Part shown: one piece after another, positions 1 through 12,462 of the stretch | How positions within the stretch are numbered: the first letter of the stretch is position 1 | Layout of the letters: every line of letters begins with the position of its first letter | Source: Thalia democratica | Lineage: Eukaryota | Assembly (NCBI GenBank): GCA_965202585.1 | Contig: OZ241829.1 | Coordinates: forward strand, 73,160,001-73,224,000 | Reading direction: 5' to 3' | DNA: 64,000 nt | The notes under the pieces: generated by a model | What the model saw: the letters and a program-made list of their open reading frames with translations, nothing else | Told to the model about the DNA's origin: nothing | Database searches by the model: none | Program-made: the position numbers and the translations under genes

Positions 1-1896
1 TTATATTGTTTATGTCCTTATTAAAAATATAAATTTAACAGTACTTATCATTTTATTTTCATTTATAAAATTTAAGTTGAGTTATCGTAGAATTCACTAT
101 CTTAAAGTTATTAAAATCTACGCAATAGTTTATGTATATATTGGAAAGTAAAATTGTTTAAACTGTTCCATAAAAATTATTCGATAAAATAAAATTAAAT
201 CTTTAAACGCAAAGTACTGATAAAATTAAACGAAAAAATATTTAAGCGTATTATATTTTGGCTTTCTTTAAAAAGTTTTTAACATTGCATTCAAGTAAAC
301 AAATGTTTGCTTTAATTATTTTTTATCTTCTTTTATAAATTGATTTCAAGTTATGTATATCTATTTCTTTAGTTCTTATCTTACTAAACAAGTTTTTAAG
401 TACGTTTTTATACACAAAATTTAGTTAATTTTCGTTTAGTCTTTTTTTACTTTCATTTCGTTTAACTGACTTTTCTATTACTAAATTTTTAAATATTTTA
501 ATTATAAAAATAAATTCTAATAGCTCGTAAGAAATGTTACAAGTATGTGGTGTACGACTCAATAACCATAAGGTTCCTTTGTACACCAGGTCTTTAGACC
601 AAATTTTTTCTTTTGTTTTTTAGAGCGCTTTTATTTATCGCTCAAATAACAATATAAACCCGTTCAATGAAACTGCAATAATAATTTTTTATAAAAAATT
701 TTAGTTATAAAGTACACGAGTACCAACATCGGCACCCTTTCGATTTTTTTCTAAAATCTTAAAAAACAAATAAGAATGTTGTAAATGTAAATGTTTCAAA
801 GTATAAAAACTTGCTGAGTATTGAATCTTTTTAAACAATACAGTGCTTTAAACTAAATGTAAAATTATTTTAGAACAACTTCTAATACTAGTAAATGATA
901 ATATTTTAATTATTAATTTTAAAATTATGAAAAGAACATTATGAAGATTTTAAATACTAGTGAGTAATAAATAACAAGAATAAGACAACAGTTTATGTTG
1001 ATATTTTAACATAACTGACAATGTTATATAGATTAAATGCTTAACAAAGTGTATTTTGAAACGTTGTTAATCAAATGTTAAAATTACCCTATATATAAGA
1101 TTAAATTAACTAAAAAGATAAATTTTGATCACCGATTTTAAGAATGTAAAATTTTTTTTTTTTAATTTTTACAAATAAAAATATAAAGATACTTATTTCC
1201 AAATAAACCACTGTCGGTAGACGAAGATTTTTTTTCTATTAGCTGAAGTTATTTATAATAAAAGATTTCTACTATAGTTTTCAATATTTTATAGTTTCAA
1301 TATTTTGAAAGCAAAACATAGTTTTTACTTGATTTAAAAATTCACTCCTTTTTGTTTTGACAAGACAAGTAGAAACAATTTAAGTTAAAATTACTGAAAT
1401 CAAATTTTTAAACAAAATCTTTTTATCTTAATTTTTTTTTTAATTTGCAGCATTTTTTAATATAGATATAAGCGAAACTGTTAAATTTCTTCTTTCTTAA
1501 TTTACCAAACGTTTATTTAAAGTAAACTTACAGATTACCAAATTAATTATGATTATTAATTTAATATTACTTAATAAGTTAATATTAAGTTATTTCATTT
1601 CGAGACTTAAGCATATAACACAAACTATTCTATTATAAATTTTATTCTAGTTTTATTCCAGTATTTTTGATGTAAAAGATCAAATTTCTATTTAATTTAA
1701 ATTCAAGTTTACCCCTTATTTAAAAATATTAATACTTTTAGTTAAGAAATAATATATTAAAACGTTTTCTTTTATACACTATATGAAGTCAGATCTTGTG
1801 CATTGATTTATTAGTTTATACTAAAATATTTTTTCATGATACACGAAAACTAAAATCAATTAACAAACAAAACTAAACGGTATGAACGAAAATAAA

Positions 1897-3450
1897 CTAA
1901 ACTAACATAGAACGCAACGGTAAAACATAGTTACTTTTTTGATCTTCAACTAAATTTTTGTAGCTATTAGCACATATGTAATACAACTTTTCAAACAAGT
2001 TTGAAAAACTTTCTAAAAATTTATTGACATCTTCTTTTAAAGTACTATTTAGGTTTGCAAATTCACGCAATGTATTTAAACACATCTTTTGACATTCATC
2101 ATCATCCTTTTTAAGCTTTTCTAGTGTATAATAGATAATAATTGTTTTGTTTTTGTCTGTTTCATCCATATACTTCAGCATAAAGCTAACTCTTTTTAAA
2201 GTTGTCGTAAATAAGTCCTTACTAGTTGATAAAATAGCCTCTACAATTACAAACATATCAATAATATTTTTATTTCTTTCAATTGTATTTTTACTATAAT
2301 GTATCGAACGGTTACTGGCTTTTTTCCAGACCTTTAGCTGTATATCGAACATATTTGAGATAAACTGTTTCAAGCGTTCATTACATTTTTGTTTATTTAA
2401 AACTTCAAAAATTTTCATTTTACGATTCAATATTTTATTATATAATGAAGCAATTGAATTAAAATTGTTCAATTGACCAAGATCATTCTTCAGCTCTTTT
2501 AGTTCATCATTTATTAGTTTCAAACTGTCTACAAATAACTTGTGCTGCTGATTTAAATCATAGCGAAGCTTTACAACGTTATTATTTTCAGGCTTCTTTT
2601 TATCATCCACTTTAAATTTCATTTCAAAAGTTTGGAAATCATCATTAGAAGTACTTGTATTACCTTTGGTACTAGTTTTATTGTCAAAAAATTTTATAAC
2701 TTCATTATTCAATTGGTCTGGACTTTTTTCATTTACAAGCTTCTTTTCATTATCCACCATATATTTTTCCTCAAGAGTTTGCAAATCGTCATTTGAAGTA
2801 CTTGTATAAGCTTCTAAACTTTTTTCCTTATCAACAACATTTATATTTTCATTTATAGGCTCGTTTTTTCTATACATTTTAGATTTTTGTCCAATAGCTT
2901 GCAAGTTGTCATCAGAAATAGTTTTATTAGATCTCAAACTAACATTTTTGTTAAAAACTTTAATACTTTTTTCTACCAATTGGTCTAGACTTTCTTTGTT
3001 AGTACTCGCTTTGTAGGCTTCTTTTTCTGAGATTGGTCCTTTACAGTTTAAATCAGATTTTGAAATTGATCTTTCACAGTTTAAACCGTATTCACCTTTA
3101 GAATTTGATCTCTTTCTGAAGAATGGTTTACTAAAACATATAAAGCCTTTGTTTATATATGGAGATTTGTGTAAGCCGTTTTCAAGTTTGCTGGTTTTGA
3201 AGTGAGCTTTTGCTGATTTATCCTTAGTGAATTTAGGATCAACCTTTGGCTTAGCAGAAACTACGTTTGACACTTTATTGTCTTTCTTTGAGTCTGTTTT
3301 ATTTTGTACAACATCATATTTCAAACAGCCTTTCAGTTTATTGTTGTTTGAAGTGAAACACTGAAATGCACAAATTGTAGCAGATATACCAGCTACACCC
3401 AGAATAATTTTGCTCAAACTGACATCAAAACGTAGTCGAACTTTTATCAT
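1897..3450 (-). CDS. Uncharacterised 517-aa K/N-rich protein with N-terminal hydrophobic segment, internal imperfect repeats and a helical C-terminal region; probably taxon-restricted
   Basis: A 1554-bp open frame is far beyond chance in this AT-rich DNA. An in-frame stop lies upstream of the ATG. A candidate acceptor (ttatttatttctgtag, AG at 3517-3516) 65 nt upstream suggests a 5'UTR intron. N-terminus: basic residues then IILGVAGISATICAF. No domain recognised. Confidence 0.75.
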   Translation of the reverse strand: MIKVRLRFDVSLSKIILGVAGISATICAFQCFTSNNNKLKGCLKYDVVQNKTDSKKDNKVSNVVSAKPKVDPKFTKDKSAKAHFKTSKLENGLHKSPYINKGFICFSKPFFRKRSNSKGEYGLNCERSISKSDLNCKGPISEKEAYKASTNKESLDQLVEKSIKVFNKNVSLRSNKTISDDNLQAIGQKSKMYRKNEPINENINVVDKEKSLEAYTSTSNDDLQTLEEKYMVDNEKKLVNEKSPDQLNNEVIKFFDNKTSTKGNTSTSNDDFQTFEMKFKVDDKKKPENNNVVKLRYDLNQQHKLFVDSLKLINDELKELKNDLGQLNNFNSIASLYNKILNRKMKIFEVLNKQKCNERLKQFISNMFDIQLKVWKKASNRSIHYSKNTIERNKNIIDMFVIVEAILSTSKDLFTTTLKRVSFMLKYMDETDKNKTIIIYYTLEKLKKDDDECQKMCLNTLREFANLNSTLKEDVNKFLESFSNLFEKLYYICANSYKNLVEDQKSNYVLPLRSMLV

Positions 3451-5134
3451 TTTACCAGTTTAAATAACTACTAACCTTTAACTTATAATATTAATCAACT
3501 GTTTTTAATAAAACTCTACAGAAATAAATAATAAAGTTTTTCTAAACTTTCATTTAAACAAGGTAAGCTAGCAGCTATCTTTATTAAAAAAAATATTAAA
3601 TTGAACTTATAATAGTTTATTCTGAAAGTTTTTTATTTTTATTTGATTATTAAAACATAAAACCTTTTTATTTAGTAATAAACCATTTCAGCCTATTGAA
3701 AAACCAAGTAATAAATGTGATGTTAAGATTTAGTATATTTGTAATAATTAGGTAAACATGGTAATAAAATTAAGACTAATCTTTATTCTATTCAGATTTA
3801 TTTTTGCAGTTTTCTTGAAGAAAATATTTTTATTATTAAATATACATTAAACTATCAATTGTAAACTAAAGTTAATTTTTTTTTACTTAAAATTAAACTA
3901 TATTATTACTAAAAAAAGTTTTGAACTTTATTAAACTTAAAAAACAAAGGCAAGTAGTATAATATTTCGTTTATTTTTATTTATTTAAAAAAAATATCAT
4001 GAAGTTGTTAAAAAATTATACAACAAATATATTGAGTATCTTATCTATCTCTCTACTATATTCATTATAACAATTTTACAGTTTTTAGTAAGATACCTTA
4101 GTTTGATTAAAAGATAGAGCTTATGCCATTACTACTGTTTTTATAAAAAACGAGTGTATACTACAAAAAAAAATTGTAAATTTTTATATGCTTTATGTAT
4201 TTTGAAAGCTGTTTTTTGTCAATAAATTTAAATAATAATGAAAAAAAAAAGTTATCAAACTTTTATCTCAAGTTAAAGTAAGTAACATACATAGGTGTAA
4301 GTCGATAAAAAACTTAAAAAAAAAAATTTTCAAGAATTATAAATGCATAAAATTGTATTTATAATTGTATTAATTGTATAGAATGTTTGACAGTTAATAA
4401 AAAATAAAGAAGATAGTTAACACAAAAATAATACTTATTTCATAAAAAAGTATATCAGTACAATTTAACTTAATCTCAATCTTATGAAGTTATTGTCTTA
4501 ACAAAAAAAATTTGTTCGACATACTGAATTGTAAATTGCTTATTTAAATAAAAGTAAAAAAGTGCAAATTAAATACTTTTATTAATATCAATTAAAGAAT
4601 TTTTTTCATTAAAATCGAGTTTTTACTTGAGTATATTTGATTTTGAAAAAATTTATTAGTTTATGACTAAAAAGATATAATTTAAAATAAAAACCTTTTT
4701 TTTGTTCTTAACATACCTAAAGATATATATATATTTATTAGTAAAGCAAATCTTTTTATGAATAGTTTTATTTTTGAAATAGTAAAACTAAGTAAATATT
4801 ATGAAGTATGAAAAACATTGGCAAAACTTATAGTTCAAAAATAATTATTTAAGTTATATTTGCAGATAACGTAAGAATCATGATGATAATTAGTTTCTAA
4901 CTGAGACATCTACAACCTTCATAGGTCAAAGAACATGAGAGTAATTTTCAATAAAATTTCATACGATATAATGAACACAAGTATAAACACCTTATATTTC
5001 AAAAGCTTACAACTCATTTCTAAATTTTACATGTGGTAAAATTTTTAAAAATTTAGTAATGGTGAACTTTTACACCACTTTTATGTTTATGTCTGTAACA
5101 TAATTTATAACTTAGTATTTAAAAACAATTACCC

Positions 5135-5340
5135 AAAATAACCGTACGTAAAACATTTGATCAACCAAAAAGCTAGCAAAATTGAGAATCTTCGATGTGA
5201 CGTAACTGTTGGTGTTCAAAGGAATTATGCTTAGTTATGACGTCACATTTGATTTGATAAGGTCATTGTCGGTGTGAAGTCATTGATTAATCTCTTCACT
5301 GACCTGCGACATAAAAAGACTAAAAGTTTGTTTGCTAAGT
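5135..5340 (-). promoter_or_regulatory. CRE-containing promoter-like module P1, likely promoter of the 517-aa gene
   Basis: TGACGTAA, TGACGTCA (5238-5245) and TGAAGTCA in a block homologous to 7370-7560 and to 11220-11304 plus 12463-12580. It lies upstream of the minus-strand ORF. Confidence 0.5.
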
Positions 5341-5964
5341 CACAAAAATTTGATAGAGTTTCAAAGCTGTAAGTCCAATTAAGCAAAGTAAAGTTTTAGT
5401 TTAAGTCACTGATAATAATGGTATATGTATATATTAAGAAACTAACTTCGATTTAATTAAATTATAATAAACATACTATCGCAACAGCTCTTTTAAACAA
5501 AGATAATAATAAAATATTAATGTTACAATAATACAAAATTGTTTCATCAGTAAAACTGCAAAGGTTGCTAAGCATCGTGAGTCAATATTTCTATAAAAAA
5601 TATGAAGAGAAAGTAAAAGTATCAATTTGCAAATACTTTTATATTTTAGTATAAAGTAAAAGATATAGCTTTTAAAAAGGTGTAGCATGTTCGTTACAAA
5701 TAAGCTTTTTTTGTACATCTTTTTTACAAATTACAATTATATTACCTGTTTGAAAAATTATACAAATTGAAACACTATATGCAGCACTTTTGATTGTTAC
5801 CAGCGTCTAAACGCGTAAAACCATTTAATTCTGTTTTAGTATAATAGTAATATGGAGGTAAGTCTTTTAAAAACTTGTATTACATTATTTAGTAGACCAT
5901 TAATTATTATTTATATTACACTTTGGTGTTCATTAAAACAAATCTAACTAATCAACTGTTAGTA

Positions 5965-6747
5965 CAGTAACCTCTCGGATCTTTACGCATTCGTGACGTT
6001 ACGCACTCTCGTTTAGTTACGCATTTCAGAATTCTATAAAATTCAGAAAATAAAAATTTTGTTTTTTTTTTAATATTGCAAAAATTAGGTTTAATGTATA
6101 TTTTTAAATTAAAATATATTTTTGAATGCTAACACACCTCTCTATATCTTTAGACTTTGTAAATTTATGTTCGTTGACTAATTGATAAACATTTAGTTAT
6201 ACCTCAGTATATCAGAAATTTTGTAAACAATAAGAGATTAAATCAAAATTCTGAAAAAAACATGACTGTTTTTAATAATAAAAGTATAATGAAATAATGA
6301 GATTTTAAAATACAAAGAAATAATACAGCAGTCTCACATTATATATTAATAAACACCATTTTATATTTGTAAAGAAATGTTTAATTATAAATTGAATTTG
6401 CTAAGTAGAATAGTGTATAAATGTCACATATAAATGAAGACAAAGATAATTTTTACTTATTTTTAAAAAAGTAAAATTATTTTTTCTCGTATTGTTATTT
6501 TATAGAAATTCAAATCCTTTTTTTTTTTAATAAATGTATAGCTTTATCTGTTGTTTTCATATTTATAAATGAAGTAAACAAATTGTTCAAAGTGGGAAAG
6601 TGCCCAGTCTGCTTTTAACTAGAAGCAATATTAAAAAACAGCCATTTTAGTAAGTATATTTGGTACCTCTCGTTTCTTTACGATCTTTCATATCTTTACG
6701 CACTTTTTCTGTGGACACAATGTGCGTAAATAAGTGAGAGGTTACTG
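5965..6747. mobile_element. Non-autonomous Tc1/mariner-superfamily (pogo/Tigger-like) MITE
   Basis: 12-bp perfect TIRs CAGTAACCTCTC...GAGAGGTTACTG, flanked by TA on both sides (5963-64, 6748-49). No ORF. Confidence 0.85.
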
Positions 6748-7230
6748 TATTTTAATTCTAAAACATTAAAAGTTTATACTTACTTTGCAAGTAAATTTAA
6801 AAGAAGCAAGTAGGGTGCCGACTAGCAAAGCGACGGGGACTTAAGAACAAAAACACTTAAGAACAAAAAGAAAAGTAGTAGAAGTTAGTTGGCGTAGCGA
6901 AGCACAGCCAACGAAGATAAAACGAAAGTTTTATTTTCTAATAACTCCATATATTTAAATTAATAAAGTGCAGTTTAAAACTAACGAGTAATGTAAATTG
7001 TTATGTCTAACTGTGATTAAAGTATTGCTATAGCTAACTTTTAGAGCTAACTTTAGCTAACAATAAAATTATTTTAATAATTAAAGTAACAATGTAAGTT
7101 GATGTGTTTATTATAGAATAATACCAGACTGTCTACTACAAAACTGTATCATTTGTAGTAAGACACTCAGGATACATACTATAAAACATAAAAATTTACT
7201 GTAACTCAGTTATTTTTAATATAAACTTAC

Positions 7231-7560
7231 ATCTGGATAATTACAAGTATGTGATACTGTATGTTAAGAGTAAAATAACACACTAAAAGATCATGTATAA
7301 TTAATCGTACATCAAACAAATAACTAACATGATACCAATCAGCATAATGACGTGGCCTTAATATTAATCGTACGTAAAACGTTATATCAACCAAAAGACT
7401 AATAAAGTTAACAATCTTCGATGTGACGTAATAGTTAGTGTTCAAACAGAATGTGCTTAGTTATGACGTCATTGTTTTTTTGATGAGCTCATTTTTGGTG
7501 TGACGTCATTGATTACTATCTTAAATTACCTGTGACATAAAAGTACTTCAAGTTTGTTTG
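7231..7560 (-). promoter_or_regulatory. Promoter-like module P2 with candidate non-coding first exon
   Basis: TGACGTCA at 7464 and 7501, TGACGTAA at ~7426. Minus-strand donor ccagat|GTAAGT at 7230 is conserved in the duplicate (donor at 11083). Confidence 0.5.
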
Positions 7561-9772
7561 GTTTCACTCTTTTATATAAAGAAGTAAAAAAAGGACAAAA
7601 ATTAGCCCTCCATGCAAAATTAACTACGTGCAGAATCCACGTTTAAAACTAAACAATTTAAAACTGATATACAACCTAAAAATTTAGCATTGTATTTTGT
7701 ATTTTAAACCTGAATAAACAAGTAAAGGTAAATTAATAAATAAACAAAAAGTATTATAGTGTTTCAGTTCTACAAAAACATAATTTGTCTAAATAAATAA
7801 ACATTGTAACCGTAAAATATCAAAATCAGTATTAAGAGCTGTGAATAGATCAGATATTTATTTGAAAAAAATTTAAGAATTATACTCCTTGTTTGGAACA
7901 ATTAAAATAAAAACTAGTAATCTACTGGACCCGGGTTTTTTTTTTGAAGTTAAGATCCGGCTGGATCTGGATACTTTTACAAATAAAATGTAGCCGTATG
8001 TGGATCGGTAAGTTTACAATTTTCAGAGTTTTACAGCTATCTAGACTTCTTAGTTTTAACTTTTCATTTAAAACCGATAAAAGATTGTAGGAATCATTTT
8101 TTGTCGACGGGTAATATTTACTTGAAAAGCTTTTAAGGGACCAGTCATGTTAACAAAACTTTTTTTGCAAAATTGTATTAAAATAATCATTTATAAGTGC
8201 TAAAACATAGATAAATAAAATTAACAGCACATTTCAAAAACGTATATTTTTATAAAAACTTAGTGTGAGTTGCTATGCACAATTTTTTTTATGATAAAAA
8301 CTTATCCCTCCAAATGTTTCTGCTTGGCAAGCTAGGTCCAGCCAACGGACTGTAAATTGCCTGATTTTAGCCTACAATCGTGTTTTAATTAAAAATAGAT
8401 TGATAGACAAATTCTTCGGTTCAATCTACTTTTTTGCTCATTAAGGGTGGTCAATATACGACATGCAAGTAAAATCCTGCTTGGGACTATATTTCTAAAC
8501 ATAACAACTTGTACTAAAAATATGTAGATAACTCTAACTGGCCCATTTTTAAGGTTGAACTAGAAAACACTAATTGTAAAAACATTTTAAAACTAGTTGA
8601 CAAAGTTTTTTTAAAAACTGGTCAATTCAATAAAAACCTTATTCGAAACACCGTATTAGTATATAACGCATGTCTGCCTTATTTACATTATTTAGCGATA
8701 TACCAAAAATTAAATTTAATTTTATTATTTAACTTAAAAAGATAACTTTATCTTTTAATCAGCTTTTATAAACTACAAATACCTGAAAAGTTATCTTCTT
8801 TGTTTGAAAGATAACCAGTCAAATTACAAATTTAAAGAGGTTAAAAAATAACAATTATGTCTCATGTCACAAAAATTCTTAAACAGATTAAAATTAATTC
8901 ATGCTATGTATCCAAATTTATTTTTAAATTAAAACCCTAAATATGGTGTCTAATTTGAATACTTATCATTATTTAAGAAAACCATACTTACTTGAAACAA
9001 GATAAAGTAATAACTAGTAGCAGTAAAACATAAAACAATAAAGTTATGAATTCGTTTTAACTTGTTATTACAAATCTGCAGCAGTCTATCATTGTAACTA
9101 AACAACACAGACTGGTGTATAAAAATATAGCAAAAAATAAAATATATTCAAGTAACGCAATAAAGAATGGAAAAACAACCAAAATAATCACACGACTAAA
9201 TAACACTAATCAAAAGTTAATAACAATAAACACTAGCTTAACTTTAAAACTTTAAGAAATTTTCTAATGCTTAAATATAAAGTAATGGACAATTGGTTGT
9301 GAATATAATATATTCATTGTTAAAAAAACTGATTATTTTAAGGTTTGGTCAGCAAAGCATTATTAAACATTTTTTTGTTTAAAAAAGTATGTTAAGCATT
9401 TCCATAACAAATTTTTTTAAATGCCTATTTAATTTTATAACAAGCACAAAGTAATGTTGGTTAAGTCATCATATCAAACAGTTCTAACTAGTTTTTTTAT
9501 GTTTTATATTAAATCATAATTTCCCTAGAATTACGCAGCTTATTTCTACTTGTTAACAAGTTCAGCATGAGTACAACTTTTATTAGTTAGTTTTGCCCGT
9601 TGATTTTAATAGTTGTTCACCCTTCACCAAAATTTAATAAAAGCAATAATTTTAGACTATCTTAAATACTTTTTAGAGTTTAGTAAGCTGAAAAACTGGA
9701 AAGCGAACTAAAATGTATTTTGTATAAACAGTATGACAATATAAAATATAAGAAAAAATATCAGTAACTCAC

Positions 9773-9900
9773 TGTTGCATTTATTTCCGTGTTGTTGTAG
9801 TTTGCCCTGTTCCGTTTATTTACATTTAATTGAAGGTTGTTCAGATGTAGCTTCTTAATGATGATGACTATTTCAATGATCACATCATCTTTTGAATAAG
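9773..9900 (-). other. Candidate small spliced exon (paralogue at 15740..15832)
   Basis: Acceptor tttacAG|cttat and donor aaca|GTGAGT in both copies. Exit phase differs between copies (128 vs 93 nt), so coding is unsupported. Confidence 0.45.
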
Positions 9901-11304
9901 CTGTAAACTGTTAAAAAATTTCACAACAAGTAATAAAAGTGAGAATTTATATTGCATTACATTTATTTAAGAGCTTTGTAAGCGGGGATATTAGAAAATG
10001 AATCTACTAAATCTTTTATGTAGTATGTTTAAGTACAATATTTAACGCGAAATTAGCGGGAAGTGTTCGATATAGCGCAGAAAATTACCTAGACTGCTGT
10101 TGCAAAGTGTGAAAAGATTAACAAGCCATCCACAAAAACATCAACCAAAGTTTGAACAATCAGAACTCCTTAGGATGCAAAGTATATAGTGAGAAAGAAC
10201 TTTAGAAGGTAAAAAGATACAGTTTCTATTTGCAGCTGGAGTGAAAAACTCTGCTATAAATGAAAAGAGATAAAAGGTACGTGCCATTACGAATGCTTTT
10301 TTCACAACTAATATGACGTTATAAATTTAACTAAATGACGTCACAAACTTATAAGGTATTTAAAAGTTGAAGTGACGACCAGTTATAATATAATAAACAA
10401 AACAAGTTGTTTGAAAAAGTATGATGTCGCAATCTTTGAAACTTTGCACAAGTTTGATATGATTAACATCGTACACCGTAACCTTGAATTTTAAGCTTGA
10501 AGTTATTTGTTTTAATATAAGACAGCAAAGTTAGTTTCCTATTTCAAAAACAACCAAATACGATTTCACGTTAGAAGAAGATAAGTAGAATTAACACAAA
10601 TATAATGTATCAATAAAAATTTGCAAATTTTAGTATATAATATATATGGTGAATATTTTTTAGATTTTTTTTTAAAGTTAGATATTAAAGTCTTTTAAAA
10701 TAAGGTTTTTACTTTTTTACGATATGGTAATACTTTGTGGTTTGGCGTATTGAACCGCAGCTAACGAAGACTAAACAAAAGAAGACAACTGAAGACAAAA
10801 CGAAATATCTTTGCTTTCTAATAAGTCTAGTCAATTGTTATGTTTAGTATAATATTAACAACTAGTACAAATTGTTATGTCCAACTGTTTTTTAAAACTA
10901 ACTTCAACTAGCAATAAAATCATTTCAATATATAAAGTTAGAACGTAAGTTGAAGTGTTTATTATAGAATAATACCAGAGTTATCTACTACAAAACTATA
11001 TCAATTGTAGTAAGACACCTATGATACATACTATAAAACATAAAACTTTACTGTAACTCAGTTATTTTTAATATCAAACTTACATCTGGATAATTACAAG
11101 TATGTGATACTATATGTTTAGACTAAAATAACACACTAAAATATCATGCATATTTAATCGTACATCAAACAAATAACTAACATGTTGCCTTTCAGCATAA
11201 TGACGTGGCCTTAATAGTCACCGTACGTATAGCATTTTATCAACTGAAAGAATAAGCAAGTTAACAATCTTTGATGTGACGTAATAGTTGGTGTTCAAAC
11301 GGAG

Positions 11305-12462
11305 CGGTAGGACTTTTTATGGGTAGTATTTTTTGGGCACTATTTTATGTGTAGAATTGCTGCAATAGTATTTACATGCTACTGCAATTAAGTTGCTGCA
11401 ATTAAATGAAAAATAATTTACTGTATATGCCTTATATAAATATTATGGATAGTTTTTGTAGTTTTAAATTTATAAACAAACAAATAAAAACAAAATTGAA
11501 CAAAAATAAACTAATAGTTTGATTTAACTGTACATTTATTTAAATTCTATTTTGTAAACTAACAAAAATAGTGGCTGAAATTATTAAAATATAATGGATT
11601 ATTTTGTCATTTAACATTTAATAAAGAAAAAAAATTTGAATACTTTTGAACAAATTGTTTAATTTAAAAGTATATTTATGTAAATTATATTTCAATATTA
11701 ACAGAAGTAATGGCTTGGCGGCATATTATAAATCTTTTGGATATTTTCATCATTTAAGATTTTATAAACAAAAAAAAATAAAATTGAACACACATAAACC
11801 AATTGTTTGATTTATAGTTGTATATATGTAATTTATATTTAGTAAACTTATAAAAGTAGTAGTTTGGTCTTGTGTGTACTATTTTATGTGCACTATTTTA
11901 TTTGTAGAATTGCTTCAGTCAATTATGTTAATAATTTGATATGATTTCATTTAAACTATGGGTAGTATTTAGATGTTGCTGCATTAAATAAAAGTAAAAT
12001 ACTGTCTAGGCCTTATATAAATATTATGGACAGTTTTTGTATTTCAAATTTATAAACAAACAAATAAAAAATAACTTGAATATACATATACCAATAGTTT
12101 GATTTATTTGTAAATTTATTTAAATTGTATTTTGTAAACTAACAGAAGTAGTGGCTAGACTTATTAAAATATTAAATTAAATAAATATCCAAAATATTTA
12201 TAATATGCCAAGCCTTTACTTCTGTTAGTAATAAAAAATATAAATTAAATTATTCATACTACTTCAAAAACTATTCATAATATTTATTTAAAGCCTATAC
12301 AGTATTTTTTTTTTTATTTAATGTCAGCAACTTTATTGCAGCAACATGTAAATACTAACCATAATGTTAATGACATCACATCAAATTATGAGCAGAATTG
12401 ATTGCAGCAATTCTACACATAAAATAGTGCCAATAAAATACTACCTATAAAAAGTCCTACCC
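11305..12462. mobile_element. Non-autonomous Mutator-like (MULE) DNA transposon
   Basis: ~60-bp TIRs (GGTAGGACTTTTTATGGGTAGTATTTT...AAAATACTACCTATAAAAAGTCCTACC) and a perfect 9-bp TSD CAAACGGAG (11296-11304, 12463-12471). The uninterrupted homologous site is at ~7440 (gtgttcaaacagaatgtgc). Internal direct and inverted repeats. Confidence 0.85.

Noticed and set aside
3451-3515. In-frame splicing of phase-1 E-exons onto the 517-aa ORF as alternative N-termini
   Set aside because: The phase fits, but TAA stops lie in frame between the candidate acceptors and the ATG.
8135-8552. Kolobok- or hAT-like element (gggaccagt...actggccc)
   Set aside because: The inverted match is only ~8 bp and imperfect, with no convincing TSD.
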